From an uncultured virus (IMG/VR IMGVR_UViG_3300013382_000005) (Duplodnaviria > Heunggongvirae > Uroviricota > Caudoviricetes), in the IMG/VR virus record IMGVR_UViG_3300013382_000005: a stretch of DNA of 55,407 bases, one strand, 5' to 3'. A model generated the notes under the pieces. It had not been told where the DNA came from. It searched no databases and saw only the letters and a list, made by a program, of their open reading frames with translations. A program made the translations under genes and the position numbers. Below, piece after piece: positions 1 through 10,479 of this stretch. Within the stretch, counting starts at the first letter, position 1; each line of letters opens with the position of its first letter.

Positions 1-2
1 AA

Positions 3-761
3 CTGAGCTTTTCTATTGCTAATCTTATGTACTTCATCTGCAAATATATATTCTATATTTAATGTCTTAAGTTTTTGTGATATTGCCTCGTCTTTTAAAG
101 CTTCATAATTTAAAATCAATAAATCATATCCATCGAATTGTTGGTTGAATGCATCTTTTGCACTCAACTCATATTCTTTTATTTTCGATTTATATTGTTT
201 AATTAAAGCTTTATTTTTTGAAATATTTAGCTTCTTGATATCAGATTGTATTTTCTTTATCTTACTTCTATATCCAGATGTAATTTCCGCATTAGATTTT
301 ATTATGTTAGCCTTAGCTTCAGAGAATTTAGATACTTCATTCAACCATTGTAGTTTCAATGTAGCTTTAACAAGAATGATTCCTATGCTATTAGGATTAA
401 TAAGCCTATTTTTTTTAAGTTCAAGATAAGCTCCTATGCCTATAATTGTTTTACCGGAACCACATGGAGAAACTAATAATAACTCTTTATGTATTAAAAT
501 ATCATATATAAGTTTCTTTTGATATTCATAAGGATGAAGTTTTAATTCAGATCCAATAGTATTATAATCTACTTGCAATTCAAACAAGTCTTTTATGTAC
601 TTATATGAATCGAGCGGACATTCCCATGCACCTTTAGAACCACTCCAGTATTTATTATTTATAACAGATAATTTTTGAGCATATTCTAAATACTCTTCTT
701 TTGTTTGACCGGCAAAATATATATAACAGTAATTATTCGATTGTATAATTTGTGCCAGCAT
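3..761 (-). CDS. Superfamily 2 (SNF2/DEAD-like) helicase, N-terminal part; runs off window start
   Basis: Not in the ORF track (no stop in window). ATG at 761 gives MLAQIIQ...HPYEYQ...SPCGSGKT (Walker A)...LILNYEAL...IFADEVHK (Walker B). Confidence 0.85.
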   Translation of the reverse strand, partial: MLAQIIQSNNYCYIYFAGQTKEEYLEYAQKLSVINNKYWSGSKGAWECPLDSYKYIKDLFELQVDYNTIGSELKLHPYEYQKKLIYDILIHKELLLVSPCGSGKTIIGIGAYLELKKNRLINPNSIGIILVKATLKLQWLNEVSKFSEAKANIIKSNAEITSGYRSKIKKIQSDIKKLNISKNKALIKQYKSKIKEYELSAKDAFNQQFDGYDLLILNYEALKDEAISQKLKTLNIEYIFADEVHKISNRKAQ

Positions 762-767
762 AACCTT

Positions 768-2654
768 TTACTTTTTATTTGACATATTGATAAGATATTG
801 AGAATCAATCTCATCAATAAATCTGCTCCTTCTTGATGGTTCTTTACATTGTGCCGTGAATATCGGCCTGGATAAAAATAAATACTTTTTGGCTCTTGTC
901 ATTGCTACATAAAATAATCTGCGTTCTTCTTCTGGATCAGACCTTCCTGGTATAACAAAATCAGTAAGTCCGATCATTATAACGGCAGGCCACTCAAGTC
1001 CCTTACATCCATGCATAGTTGTAAGAGTTACTTTATTGGTTTCTTCTTCATCTGTATCTATATCTAAAGAAGTTATATTAATAAAATCTCTGATATCTAT
1101 ATAAGCTCCTGCTATAGATACTAACTGTAATACATTAGTAAATCTATCTGCGTAAGACTCTGGATCTTCTTTTTGAAGTACAGCTGCATATCCGATATCG
1201 CTTATAATTTTGCGAATAAATTCAGCAGGAGTAAAACTATCTATATCTTGTGTCATCTTTTCAATAAAAGAAGCGAATTCAGATATTTTTTCACTCATCT
1301 TCTTACTGAATAGTTTTTCAGCGCACATATTTTTAAGGCATACTAACATATCAGAACCTATATGCTCATTTACATAAGATTCTACTTTAGCAATTGTAGA
1401 TGGTCCTATTCCTCTTTGTGGAATATTTATGACCCTATTAAAAGCCTCATCATCATAATGATTTATTATGAACTTTGCATATGCTATAATATCTTTAATT
1501 TCCTTGCGCTCAAAAAATGCTATACCATTCTTAATAGAATAAGATATATTATTCTGAATAAGTGCAGTCTCAATTGGCTTACTTTGAGAATTATTTCTAT
1601 ATAAAATTGCAATATCTTTATATTCAAGATGTTGTTTTGTAGTCAAATATTTAATTATATTAACTACATTTTTACCTTCTTGCTCAGGAGAATATTTTTC
1701 GCAATAATATATTTTCTCTCCAACTTCATTTTCAGTAAACAGATTTTTATTACATCTATTACAATTATTATCTATAACAGAAAGCGCACCATTTACTATA
1801 TTCTGAGTACTTCTATAATTCCTATTAAGATGTAGTATCTGCATATCTTTTATAACTTCAGGGATATGAAGTATAGAATCAAGATCTGCGCCACGGAACT
1901 TATATATAGACTGATCATCGTCCAAAAACATACAAAGATTATTATGTTTTGCACTTAATAACTGAAGCAATCTTATATTACTTACACTTGCATCTTGAGA
2001 TTCATCACTTACAATATACTTATATTGTTCTGTTAATATTTCTCTTATGTTCGAGAATTTTTCAAGTAAAATAACAGTGTAATAAATGATGTCATCGAAA
2101 TCTATTGCGTTGTTCCTAGTAAGAGTTTTCTGATATTCAGAATATATTTTTGCTTTTTCAGCATCGAATGGATTCAATGCATTTTTGGCTGTTTCTTCAG
2201 GAGATATGATATTATCTTTCTGATGTGATATATAGCTTGAAGCTGTTTTAAAATCTATAGAAGATTCAGAACATATCTTTTTTAAAACATTTTCTGAATC
2301 CTGTTGATCATATATAGTAAAATCATGTTTTAATATATTTAAAGAACTATAATACTTCTTTAGAATTTTAAAACATACACTATGATATGTACCTATTGTA
2401 ATTTTATCTGCTATACTTTTATCTATAGAATCAGCAATTCTTTCTTTAATTTCATTTGCTGCTTTTACAGTAAAAGTAAATAGCAAAATGGACTCTGGCT
2501 TTATGCCATGTAAAAGCATATATTGCGTTCTGGACACAAGGCATTTAGTTTTGCCAGAGCCTGGTCCGCTAAGGACAAAATAAGGACCGTTGATGCTCTT
2601 AACAACGGCCCTCTGCTCAGGATTTAATTTTGCAAGGATGCTGATAGCATTAAT
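768..2654 (-). CDS. UvrD/PcrA ATP-dependent DNA helicase; probable ATT start at 2654
   Basis: Frame is open upstream of the track start (2537) and encodes LNPEQRAVV...SGPGSGKT. Also DESQD, QSIYKFRGAD, NYRST, TMHGCKGLEW, EERRLFYVAMTRAK. Confidence 0.95.
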   Translation of the reverse strand: MNAISILAKLNPEQRAVVKSINGPYFVLSGPGSGKTKCLVSRTQYMLLHGIKPESILLFTFTVKAANEIKERIADSIDKSIADKITIGTYHSVCFKILKKYYSSLNILKHDFTIYDQQDSENVLKKICSESSIDFKTASSYISHQKDNIISPEETAKNALNPFDAEKAKIYSEYQKTLTRNNAIDFDDIIYYTVILLEKFSNIREILTEQYKYIVSDESQDASVSNIRLLQLLSAKHNNLCMFLDDDQSIYKFRGADLDSILHIPEVIKDMQILHLNRNYRSTQNIVNGALSVIDNNCNRCNKNLFTENEVGEKIYYCEKYSPEQEGKNVVNIIKYLTTKQHLEYKDIAILYRNNSQSKPIETALIQNNISYSIKNGIAFFERKEIKDIIAYAKFIINHYDDEAFNRVINIPQRGIGPSTIAKVESYVNEHIGSDMLVCLKNMCAEKLFSKKMSEKISEFASFIEKMTQDIDSFTPAEFIRKIISDIGYAAVLQKEDPESYADRFTNVLQLVSIAGAYIDIRDFINITSLDIDTDEEETNKVTLTTMHGCKGLEWPAVIMIGLTDFVIPGRSDPEEERRLFYVAMTRAKKYLFLSRPIFTAQCKEPSRRSRFIDEIDSQYLINMSNKK

Positions 2655-2672
2655 AAGGCTAACACCATCCTA

Positions 2673-2876
2673 TTAAAGATTTACGAAAACGTTCTCAGGA
2701 GAATCTCCATCATAATAAGAATCCTTCTTACCACTATCAACCTTTGTGCCACCAAGAACAAGTTCAATATTCTTAGTCTTCTCTACGCATGACTGACCAG
2801 AAAATCCTTCCATTGCTTCGAATCTATATGCACCTGTCTTATCAATAATGATTCTGATGCTCTGCTTATCGTTCAT
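2673..2876 (-). CDS. DUF2997-like small protein
   Basis: I-x-I-D-K-x-G...GFSGQSCVEKT..IE..LG pattern; next to DUF1257 and Ycf46-type AAA genes. Confidence 0.75.
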   Translation of the reverse strand: MNDKQSIRIIIDKTGAYRFEAMEGFSGQSCVEKTKNIELVLGGTKVDSGKKDSYYDGDSPENVFVNL

Positions 2877-2912
2877 AATTATCTTTAGCTCCTATTCAAT
2901 TTTATATATCTA

Positions 2913-3305
2913 TTAAAGCGCATACTGATATGCATTGATAACGATCTCATCATTCTGATTCGTCTCAATGTTATCAATACTCCATCGATTATCTTCAAGA
3001 GCCTTAGTGATTCGCTCCTTCTGATAATACTGTGCAAGCTTGTCAAGGAATGTATCCTGGCGAAGGCCAGTCAGATAAAAGTCACCGACAAGTTCAAGCT
3101 TATTATCCTTATCTGCCCTGAATCCAAGACTGATAACCTCATTGTGTCTGGTAAGGGCAAAATCTACATCTTCCTTGCCCCATGCATTTGAAATACGCTT
3201 ACAATTTCGATCAAGTCCATAACTCATAGTTCTAAGAGCCTTCTCAAGAAGGTTGATATCAGTGTTCTTAAAAGTATCGTTAGTATACTTAACCCAATGC
3301 GACAT
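2913..3305 (-). CDS. DUF1257 (Ycf35-like) protein
   Basis: Likely start MSHW at 3305 after AGAGG. Motifs LLEKAL..M.Y and GF......ELVGD; gene context fits. Confidence 0.75.
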   Translation of the reverse strand: MSHWVKYTNDTFKNTDINLLEKALRTMSYGLDRNCKRISNAWGKEDVDFALTRHNEVISLGFRADKDNKLELVGDFYLTGLRQDTFLDKLAQYYQKERITKALEDNRWSIDNIETNQNDEIVINAYQYAL

Positions 3306-3321
3306 AATAAAATATCCTCTC

Positions 3322-3711
3322 TTATTTATTATTATTTTTATTTGATTGAATTGCAGAAAGCATTTTCTTATAAAAGTCTTTGCGACCTTCAGAATATGCT
3401 TCTCCAAGATAATCCTTAATTTCTTCGTTGTTTTCAATTGTAATTTTCATACTATTTAAAATTACGTCGAAGCAATCTCTGATTATATGACTACAATTAA
3501 GAATACGAATACTATCGTACTCTTCTATATGCGCCATGAAATTATCACAATCTTCAGAAAAAGAATCGAATTCGTTTAGTGCATGCTCTTTTGCTTCTTC
3601 AAGCTTTTGTCTTGCACTAAGTTCTTTAGTAGCCTTTTGCTTTTTCTCTTTTTCTTCTTCTGCAACAATTGTACTAAAATCTATTATATTGATTTTCTTC
3701 TTTGCTGCCAT
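3322..3711 (-). CDS. Hypothetical protein
   Basis: 129-aa ORF abutting the AAA gene. Confidence 0.7.
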   Translation of the reverse strand: MAAKKKINIIDFSTIVAEEEKEKKQKATKELSARQKLEEAKEHALNEFDSFSEDCDNFMAHIEEYDSIRILNCSHIIRDCFDVILNSMKITIENNEEIKDYLGEAYSEGRKDFYKKMLSAIQSNKNNNK

Positions 3712-5328
3712 TTAAATTTCGTTTAGAAGGTCATTCAGGTCTGCATCGCTTACAATAGACTTATCTTTACTAACCTTGTCTATCTCTATACTATTAGCAA
3801 ACAGAGCACGTCCTCTTGCATAATTTTCAAGTGCAAGAATCTTTTCCTTAGATGTATTATATGTTGGAACTACCTTTGAAATAGCATGCTCAATATCATC
3901 CTTGATTATTGTTTTCTTGTTTGTTTTTTTGAATCTCTTATAAGACTGCCATACTGTTTGCTTAACGACATTCTTAATTTCTGAGCCAGTAAATCTGTCT
4001 GTTTTCTTAGCAGCGAATTCAAGAATATCATTACTGACCTTCTGACCTGTTTTGCTGAAATGTATCTTAAAAATGTCCCTACGTTCAGCAGCGGTCGGAA
4101 ATCCAAAATACCACATAGTATCAAGTCTTCCTGATCTGGTAAGTTCAGGAGGAAGCTTACTGACATCATTAGAGGTCATAACCACAAAAACCTTTTCATT
4201 CTCTGCCAAAAACCTGAGAATACTTGAAAAGACTCTTGAAGAAGTTCCTCCATCGCAATCAGATCCGCCATAGCCTCCAAAGATCTTCTCTGCTTCATCA
4301 AACAGAAGAACACATGGTGCACTAGCCTTAACAATTCTAAGTGCCTGTTCAACTTTTCTCTCTGACTGTCCAACGAGCTTATCAAAGATCTTAGACACAT
4401 TGAAAACAAACATAGGGACACCAAGCTTCTTTGCAATTGCTTCTGCAATTATGGTCTTACCGGTACCGGCAATACCAAGAGCCATATATCCCTGTGGTGC
4501 TTCACATCCAAAATCCTTTGCAGAATCAGACAGAACTTCTGATACATCATTGATCCATTCCTTAAATGATTCATTTCCGCCAATATCATCAAAAGAAATC
4601 TTAGGAATTACATAATCAAGAAGTCCAGACTTCTCTACCATATTAATCTTGCACTGAGATATAAGATCAAGATTCAGAGTCTTATACTGAATTGCACTTC
4701 TTGTAAGAATATACTTAATCTCATTAAATGTAAGACCAATAAGTGACTTCGTAGTTGCCTGAATAAGATCATTATCGGGCATTACAAAAGAATCTTTATA
4801 CTTATTCTGAAGCGCGTCAATAATTCCCTTGACAAGATTTGATACCTCGACTTCATCCGGTAAATCATAATTAAAGATAGTAACAATCTTTTCAAGCTCA
4901 ACTGGTATAGATACAACAGGGGTCATAAGAATAAGAGGACAATACGTCTTGCACTTATATTCTTTAATATCTCTGATCATACGCTTCATAGAACCATTCT
5001 CCATCAAAAGATGAGAATCCTTAATTATATACATAACAGATCCTTCAACTTCTGATTCATCAAGGTCATTGTCCTGACGAATCTTGATATATCTCTTTAT
5101 AAGCTGATCAAAAGTAACCTTTTCATCATGTTTTGCAATCTGTCTATTAACAGTACTATATTCATCGAGACCAGAAGCCAATGACCACGCAGAGAGTCCA
5201 AGATTATTTGTATTTGCATATTCACACATGTCATTAATAAAACGTTCTTCTTCGTATGTATTAACGAGAATAACAGGTGTCTTTGCTTTGATTAAATAAT
5301 CAAATGTATCATTGATACACTGTCGCAT
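3712..5328 (-). CDS. Ycf46-like AAA+ ATPase
   Basis: N-terminal TYEEER; FDDIGG, GIAGTGKT, LLFDEAEK, LPPELTRSGRLD. Confidence 0.9.
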   Translation of the reverse strand: MRQCINDTFDYLIKAKTPVILVNTYEEERFINDMCEYANTNNLGLSAWSLASGLDEYSTVNRQIAKHDEKVTFDQLIKRYIKIRQDNDLDESEVEGSVMYIIKDSHLLMENGSMKRMIRDIKEYKCKTYCPLILMTPVVSIPVELEKIVTIFNYDLPDEVEVSNLVKGIIDALQNKYKDSFVMPDNDLIQATTKSLIGLTFNEIKYILTRSAIQYKTLNLDLISQCKINMVEKSGLLDYVIPKISFDDIGGNESFKEWINDVSEVLSDSAKDFGCEAPQGYMALGIAGTGKTIIAEAIAKKLGVPMFVFNVSKIFDKLVGQSERKVEQALRIVKASAPCVLLFDEAEKIFGGYGGSDCDGGTSSRVFSSILRFLAENEKVFVVMTSNDVSKLPPELTRSGRLDTMWYFGFPTAAERRDIFKIHFSKTGQKVSNDILEFAAKKTDRFTGSEIKNVVKQTVWQSYKRFKKTNKKTIIKDDIEHAISKVVPTYNTSKEKILALENYARGRALFANSIEIDKVSKDKSIVSDADLNDLLNEI

Positions 5329-5370
5329 TTATATTCCTTCTTTCAATATCTTTAGTATATATTTAATTTT

Positions 5371-6174
5371 TTAGAGTTCAAACTCTTCTATCTGATCTGT
5401 CTTTCTATTATAATTATTTATAATAGAAAGAATATTGTTAGACGCATTGTCATTATTCATGACAAAGATCTGCTTATCCAGATATTCAGGTATGTCCCGA
5501 TCTGCTATATTATTATAAATCTTATGATCTATAATATTTTTTGTTTCAAATATAATAGTCTGATCAATCTTTTCATTATCTATAGCATATGGTTTCTTTG
5601 TCATAAATATATAAAGCCTGCCATCGCTATGATTCTTGAAGATAATCTGATCAAAGATCACTTTCTTACTGATCATTGCATCAGGAGTAATCGTCACATC
5701 ATTATTCATACCGTTAAAAACAATAGACTTAATTGTTCCTGCAATCTTATGAGACTCAGAATTATAAAGTACACCTATGCCATTATATATAGTATCTGTA
5801 AGAACCTTACCAAGTTCGCTAAGAATCTTTATGCCAGCATATTTTATAAGGTCATTAAATGCACTTGTATTGCTGAAAATCTTATCATTCATATCTGCAT
5901 CAACTAATATTTCTAATATTTTCTCATTACTGATTTCTTCATGAGTAGACTTTTTTTCTGTATCAGAAGGCATATTCTTTGTATCTAACGTACAATCAAG
6001 AAAAGCCTTCTCATCTTCTATAACCAATTCGCCATTAATGATAAGATCATTCGACGTAGTACTAAAAGCGTCTGTAAAAGATATCTTGTTTTTAATATCT
6101 TCAAGCTTAGATAAATCTTTTGTGTCGAAGCCAATTTCTTCTTCGTAATTGCTATTTTTTACACTAAATATCAT
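5371..6174 (-). CDS. Hypothetical protein
   Basis: 267-aa ORF in the operon. Confidence 0.7.
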   Translation of the reverse strand: MIFSVKNSNYEEEIGFDTKDLSKLEDIKNKISFTDAFSTTSNDLIINGELVIEDEKAFLDCTLDTKNMPSDTEKKSTHEEISNEKILEILVDADMNDKIFSNTSAFNDLIKYAGIKILSELGKVLTDTIYNGIGVLYNSESHKIAGTIKSIVFNGMNNDVTITPDAMISKKVIFDQIIFKNHSDGRLYIFMTKKPYAIDNEKIDQTIIFETKNIIDHKIYNNIADRDIPEYLDKQIFVMNNDNASNNILSIINNYNRKTDQIEEFEL

Positions 6175-6186
6175 TAGTATATATCC

Positions 6187-6801
6187 TTATTCTACTGCCT
6201 TGAGAGTATAGCTGAGTTTATTATCTGTATCTAATTCAATAGATTTAATTTGACCCATCTCTACTCCAAGCCATATATTTTTATCTTGTTTTGACCATAC
6301 AGTTTGATTAGCAGAACCTATACTACTTGTAAAACCATCTCCAGATGATTCATTATACAGACGCTGATCCTGCTTATATTCACCGTCCACTATCATATCT
6401 ATATAAGAAAAAAGCTCAATGAATTTTTCATCTTCAAAGAGCTTTTCATTATATAGATCATGCCAAGTATAAACCATAATATGTGACTTAGAATCAAGCG
6501 CCTTAATATTCTTACATAATTCAATAAGTTCATTAAGCTGATCAGTGGGTTCTCCACCACCAATAGTTACATAGCCATTATAATACTGACTATGTACTAT
6601 GTGTTCTGCTACATCTGCTGGTCTATGAAATTTAGTAGCAACCGAGGAATTCCATAAAGCCGGATTAAAACATCCAGGACATGGATTCCCTTCCATTGCC
6701 TTTTTACAACCAAATAAAAATAATTCTATTCTTTGATTCTTGTATTTTTCTGGAGTCGGTCCAGCTGTTGTAGCTGCCCACTTAATATCATATATAATCA
6801 T
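6187..6801 (-). CDS. NrdG-like radical SAM 4Fe-4S protein (second activase-like gene)
   Basis: GC-x7-CPGCFNP, TIGGGEPTDQ, IDMIVDGEY, GSANQ. Confidence 0.8.
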   Translation of the reverse strand: MIIYDIKWAATTAGPTPEKYKNQRIELFLFGCKKAMEGNPCPGCFNPALWNSSVATKFHRPADVAEHIVHSQYYNGYVTIGGGEPTDQLNELIELCKNIKALDSKSHIMVYTWHDLYNEKLFEDEKFIELFSYIDMIVDGEYKQDQRLYNESSGDGFTSSIGSANQTVWSKQDKNIWLGVEMGQIKSIELDTDNKLSYTLKAVE

Positions 6802-6802
6802 T

Positions 6803-7000
6803 TTATTTTATTACAGGCTGTCCATTCGCGTCAATAAATATTCTATGTCCGCAGCTGCTACAAACAAGAACAGAATCCTTTTGTATTTCATTATACTGAT
6901 TGGTCTTAGTATCTTTCACATAAGCAAATCTGTCATGTTTGTAAAACAGATTATTATGACACTCAGGACAGAGTAAAATAGCGCCTGAATCTACTAGCAT
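6803..7000 (-). CDS. Small zinc-ribbon protein
   Basis: CPEC...CSSCG. Confidence 0.65.
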   Translation of the reverse strand: MLVDSGAILLCPECHNNLFYKHDRFAYVKDTKTNQYNEIQKDSVLVCSSCGHRIFIDANGQPVIK

Positions 7001-7006
7001 ATTAAT

Positions 7007-7816
7007 TTATCCCTTCTTGACTAACGTTAACTTCTTCTTAGGAGGTTGAACAGGTGCAGGTTCTTCTTCCTTTTCTTCTTGTTCAATCTTTTTGATTTCA
7101 TCCGCAGTACCATTATTCAGGAAATAAACAAATGCATCTATATTAGTAGGATTGATATCATCAAGAGTTTCACAGCCATATCCAAATGAAGCTAACATAG
7201 TAGATATATCCTCAGGAGACAAGCTTCCACATACTTCTCTTATATATTCGAGCTGATTCTGATATTTATCTAATGTTTCCTGAGTCCAAATAGTAGGATC
7301 AGTCATAGATGCAAAATAATCATTCTCTTCTTCAGATCTATAAAGTTCTGCGCCAATCCCAAGTCTTGATGCTGCCTTCTTTAATGCATCTGTTTCTGCT
7401 GCCTTATAAATGCTATCCTGTTCTGATTGTTTACCTATAATACATTTAGAACCATATCCAGTTTTTGAAATTGAACAAGGATTGCCTTCTTCATCATCGA
7501 AATAAACAGTCAGAATGCCATGAACATGGCAAACCGGTCCTTGATCTTCATATCTGCCAACTTGTTTACCATGTTCATCTTTCCAATATTTATTAAAGAA
7601 CGGTGTACCTGGAGTAATCCACTCTTTATCAGCTTCCCAATTCCACATATAATCAAATGCATTATTCAAAATATCTACAACTGTACTACCAGAGATATAT
7701 CTCATTGGTTTTCCACTAACTTCTCTGGTTTTAATCAGATTAGGATTTAATCTTTTCTGAATAATTTTTTGAATACGTTCTGGCAAACAATGCTTATTGT
7801 TGCTTACATTGCTCAT
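7007..7816 (-). CDS. Rad52/Sak-like single-strand annealing protein
   Basis: RYISG..VVDILNNAF...W.W; YKAAETDALKKAASRLGIGAELY. Confidence 0.85.
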   Translation of the reverse strand: MSNVSNNKHCLPERIQKIIQKRLNPNLIKTREVSGKPMRYISGSTVVDILNNAFDYMWNWEADKEWITPGTPFFNKYWKDEHGKQVGRYEDQGPVCHVHGILTVYFDDEEGNPCSISKTGYGSKCIIGKQSEQDSIYKAAETDALKKAASRLGIGAELYRSEEENDYFASMTDPTIWTQETLDKYQNQLEYIREVCGSLSPEDISTMLASFGYGCETLDDINPTNIDAFVYFLNNGTADEIKKIEQEEKEEEPAPVQPPKKKLTLVKKG

Positions 7817-7852
7817 ATCTTTAGTATATCCTTAAATTTTAAATTTTAAAAA

Positions 7853-9079
7853 TCAAGCTGTAAGGCTGCTTTCCACCTTAAGAGCACTCGCTGCAAGCAT
7901 AAGGCAACTCTTCTTAAACTCAATATTATCCATAACGCTTCTAAGGAAGTTATATCTTTCTCTTACCTTATCGAGATAATCATAAAGATTAATAATATCT
8001 CCACTCTTAAGCTTATAATTCATACAAGCATAAGTTGCAGCCTTCTTTCTGAGTGTATCATTTGTTGCATTAGGATCAACAGTCATACGCTTTGCTCTCT
8101 CAAGGAATCCTTCAGGCTCTTTAGACGAAATAGAATCAAGCTCATTCTTATAATAATTCATCGGCTGCCATATTCTATCTCTCAGATTTGAAAGCTGGCA
8201 TACAGCACCGATCAGAGATGAAGTATTAATATCAGTTGTAATCTTAATGTCTGCATTAACCTTAATTACATCTTCATAAAACTTGATCCATTCATCTTCA
8301 TCTCCAAAAGAATCAAATACCTTAGCTGCCTCATTAAAACCTACAGTTGAATTACCTGTGATTGCTACATTATCAATAGAAACAGAAGCAGTAGATTCTA
8401 CATCAGAACCAGTAGCCTTGCTATTGACAGACTCAATTGCATTGTCTGCATCAGTATCAGCAGAATCAATTGCATCTGTTGTAGTTTCAGTAGCGGTCTT
8501 TGCTGCTGCAAGAGCTGCATTGTCTGCTTCAATCTGCTGCTTTGTTCTTCTGATTCTCTTCTTCTTAATAGGAGCAGGAGTATCGTCTGCTACCTTAGTC
8601 TCAGTTTCATCAGTAGTAGTTTCTTCAGATTCAGTATCAATATCTTCCACTACTTCAGAAGAGTTTTCCACAGACTCGTTGTCGCTTTCAACAGGCTTTT
8701 CAACAATATCAGAAACTGTAACTTCATTCTCTGTATTATCTGTAACAATATCAGATTCAACAGATTCTGTAGTTACAGTTACAACATCAGCAGTTTCCGT
8801 AATAGTCTCAGGCGCCTTATTTTCTTCCGTCTTATGAAGCGACTTAAGAGTAAGAGGTTTGCGCGCAACAAAAGGATTTTCTACATGATTCTCAGCAACA
8901 GGATCAGGTAGCTTCTTCTTAAGAGTCAGTCCTCCAAGAGGCTTATGAATTGTTTCTTCAGTGTTATTATTAGTATCAGTAGTTGGTTCAGTAACTGTAG
9001 CGGCTACAGGCTTATTGAACTTCTTGGCAAAAGGGTTATTAGCATTATTCAGTCTCGATGCAAGCTTAGATTCATTCAT
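7853..9079 (-). CDS. Hypothetical protein with long acidic/Thr-rich low-complexity N-terminus and helical C-terminus
   Basis: 408-aa ORF with SD; lies in the recombination cluster. Confidence 0.75.
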   Translation of the reverse strand: MNESKLASRLNNANNPFAKKFNKPVAATVTEPTTDTNNNTEETIHKPLGGLTLKKKLPDPVAENHVENPFVARKPLTLKSLHKTEENKAPETITETADVVTVTTESVESDIVTDNTENEVTVSDIVEKPVESDNESVENSSEVVEDIDTESEETTTDETETKVADDTPAPIKKKRIRRTKQQIEADNAALAAAKTATETTTDAIDSADTDADNAIESVNSKATGSDVESTASVSIDNVAITGNSTVGFNEAAKVFDSFGDEDEWIKFYEDVIKVNADIKITTDINTSSLIGAVCQLSNLRDRIWQPMNYYKNELDSISSKEPEGFLERAKRMTVDPNATNDTLRKKAATYACMNYKLKSGDIINLYDYLDKVRERYNFLRSVMDNIEFKKSCLMLAASALKVESSLTA

Positions 9080-9122
9080 TTTAATTTATATACCTTTCTC
9101 TTTAGTAAATTATTTAATTGGT

Positions 9123-9815
9123 TTAAAGTTCTATATTTAAAGTATTGATACAATAGTCAAAGAAGTTATAAATATCCTGAGTGAATATATTATACTCAGA
9201 TTCAATTACACTTTGTTCCTTAAAGTCTTTTATCTTATCAAAATAAGATAGACTATAAGTTGCTACTGTTGGAATACTATTAATTTCTAACAGTTGGCCT
9301 CTTACTGTCATAAGAGTTGTATTGAAAAACATTTTAACTGGCACAGAACCAAATAACAAAATTGCCTTAGGTTTTACTGTTTCAATTACAGACCCAACAA
9401 TATTCTTATAACAATTAGATATTTCTTGCTTATTCGGTAAGTGATTATTTGCCATCAAACAATTAATGCAATTACAATATAACAATACATCAGGATCTAT
9501 ATTTAACATATTAAATATCTGATACATTTTATCTTCGTATCCATTAAAATAAAAACAGTTATTACTATTATTATTTTCAAACTGGATAGAATTTGGAATA
9601 TCTTTTATTATAAGAATTTTAGAATCTGGATTGCCAGTTAAATAAGTTTTTTGATTATAGCAGCCACAGATATTACAGTTATAAATTTTGTCATTAAGCT
9701 TTTCAAGCGCAAAATTTTTAACTATATCTGTAACATATTGCGTAGGATTATCCGGATTAGCTTCGCGCACTAATTCCATAATTTTATCTTTAGTAGATTT
9801 ATTAGTTAAAGACAT
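9123..9815 (-). CDS. Family 4-like uracil-DNA glycosylase fold, catalytic motifs degenerate
   Basis: CNIC, GNPDSKILII, NCINC...N.LP...EI.NC, KPKAILLFG, RGQ, PTVATY. Confidence 0.75.
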   Translation of the reverse strand: MSLTNKSTKDKIMELVREANPDNPTQYVTDIVKNFALEKLNDKIYNCNICGCYNQKTYLTGNPDSKILIIKDIPNSIQFENNNSNNCFYFNGYEDKMYQIFNMLNIDPDVLLYCNCINCLMANNHLPNKQEISNCYKNIVGSVIETVKPKAILLFGSVPVKMFFNTTLMTVRGQLLEINSIPTVATYSLSYFDKIKDFKEQSVIESEYNIFTQDIYNFFDYCINTLNIEL

Positions 9816-9843
9816 ATATTATATACTATGTTTTGACTATATT

Positions 9844-10479
9844 TTAATTTGTTTCTAATAGCTTTATTTTAGCCTTAAGCAGATCGTTTTCTTTTTCTGC
9901 TGTCAGCAACTTTGCTTTTAATAATTCATTTTCTTTATTAATAATATCTAAAGACAACTCTGCTTTTTGTTTAGATTTACGATCTTCGACCATAGTATAA
10001 ACCATAGACATAACCATGTCCGAATCCAAGATACAATAAACGTCTTTATCTGTACCTGAAAATATAAACTTAAGATACCAGAATTCTTTATTTTCTGCTA
10101 TTGCTTCTCTTTTAAGTTTTTCAAGCCATTCTTTTTGAATTGTAAATGTCTTTTCACCACGAGAAGTAAGCTTATTCTGTTCTTTAAGTTCTTCCATGAT
10201 ATTAATGATTCCAGATATCTGTTCATCTCCCTTGACATGACCAGCACCGGAATTAGGAGTCTGTCTCGATGTTACTCCAGATAATAGATTATTATTAGCC
10301 TTATTGTTGTTGTATTCAAAAACAGAACCACCTCGTTTAGTAATTTTGGGGGCTGTTTTGTTCAGCCCCCTCTTTACTTCTTTAGGTGGTTTGTAATGAA
10401 GTCCTTTTGTTGAACATAGGTGACACTTCTCACCTATATTCAAACAATCGGAATATCCGTATTCACAAATGTTATTCAA
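9844..10479 (-). CDS. Putative Holliday junction resolvase (PD-(D/E)xK nuclease)
   Basis: G..FE, TPNSGAG..KGD, E.K, FTIQKEWLEKL..EA; adjacent to recA. Confidence 0.65.
   Translation of the reverse strand: MNNICEYGYSDCLNIGEKCHLCSTKGLHYKPPKEVKRGLNKTAPKITKRGGSVFEYNNNKANNNLLSGVTSRQTPNSGAGHVKGDEQISGIINIMEELKEQNKLTSRGEKTFTIQKEWLEKLKREAIAENKEFWYLKFIFSGTDKDVYCILDSDMVMSMVYTMVEDRKSKQKAELSLDIINKENELLKAKLLTAEKENDLLKAKIKLLETN

Noticed and set aside
2672..2684. 13-nt match (ATTAAAGATTTAC) to the flank of ORF-less element copy 1, as a possible guide target
   Set aside because: Short, very AT-rich and without a defined TAM; plausible by chance.
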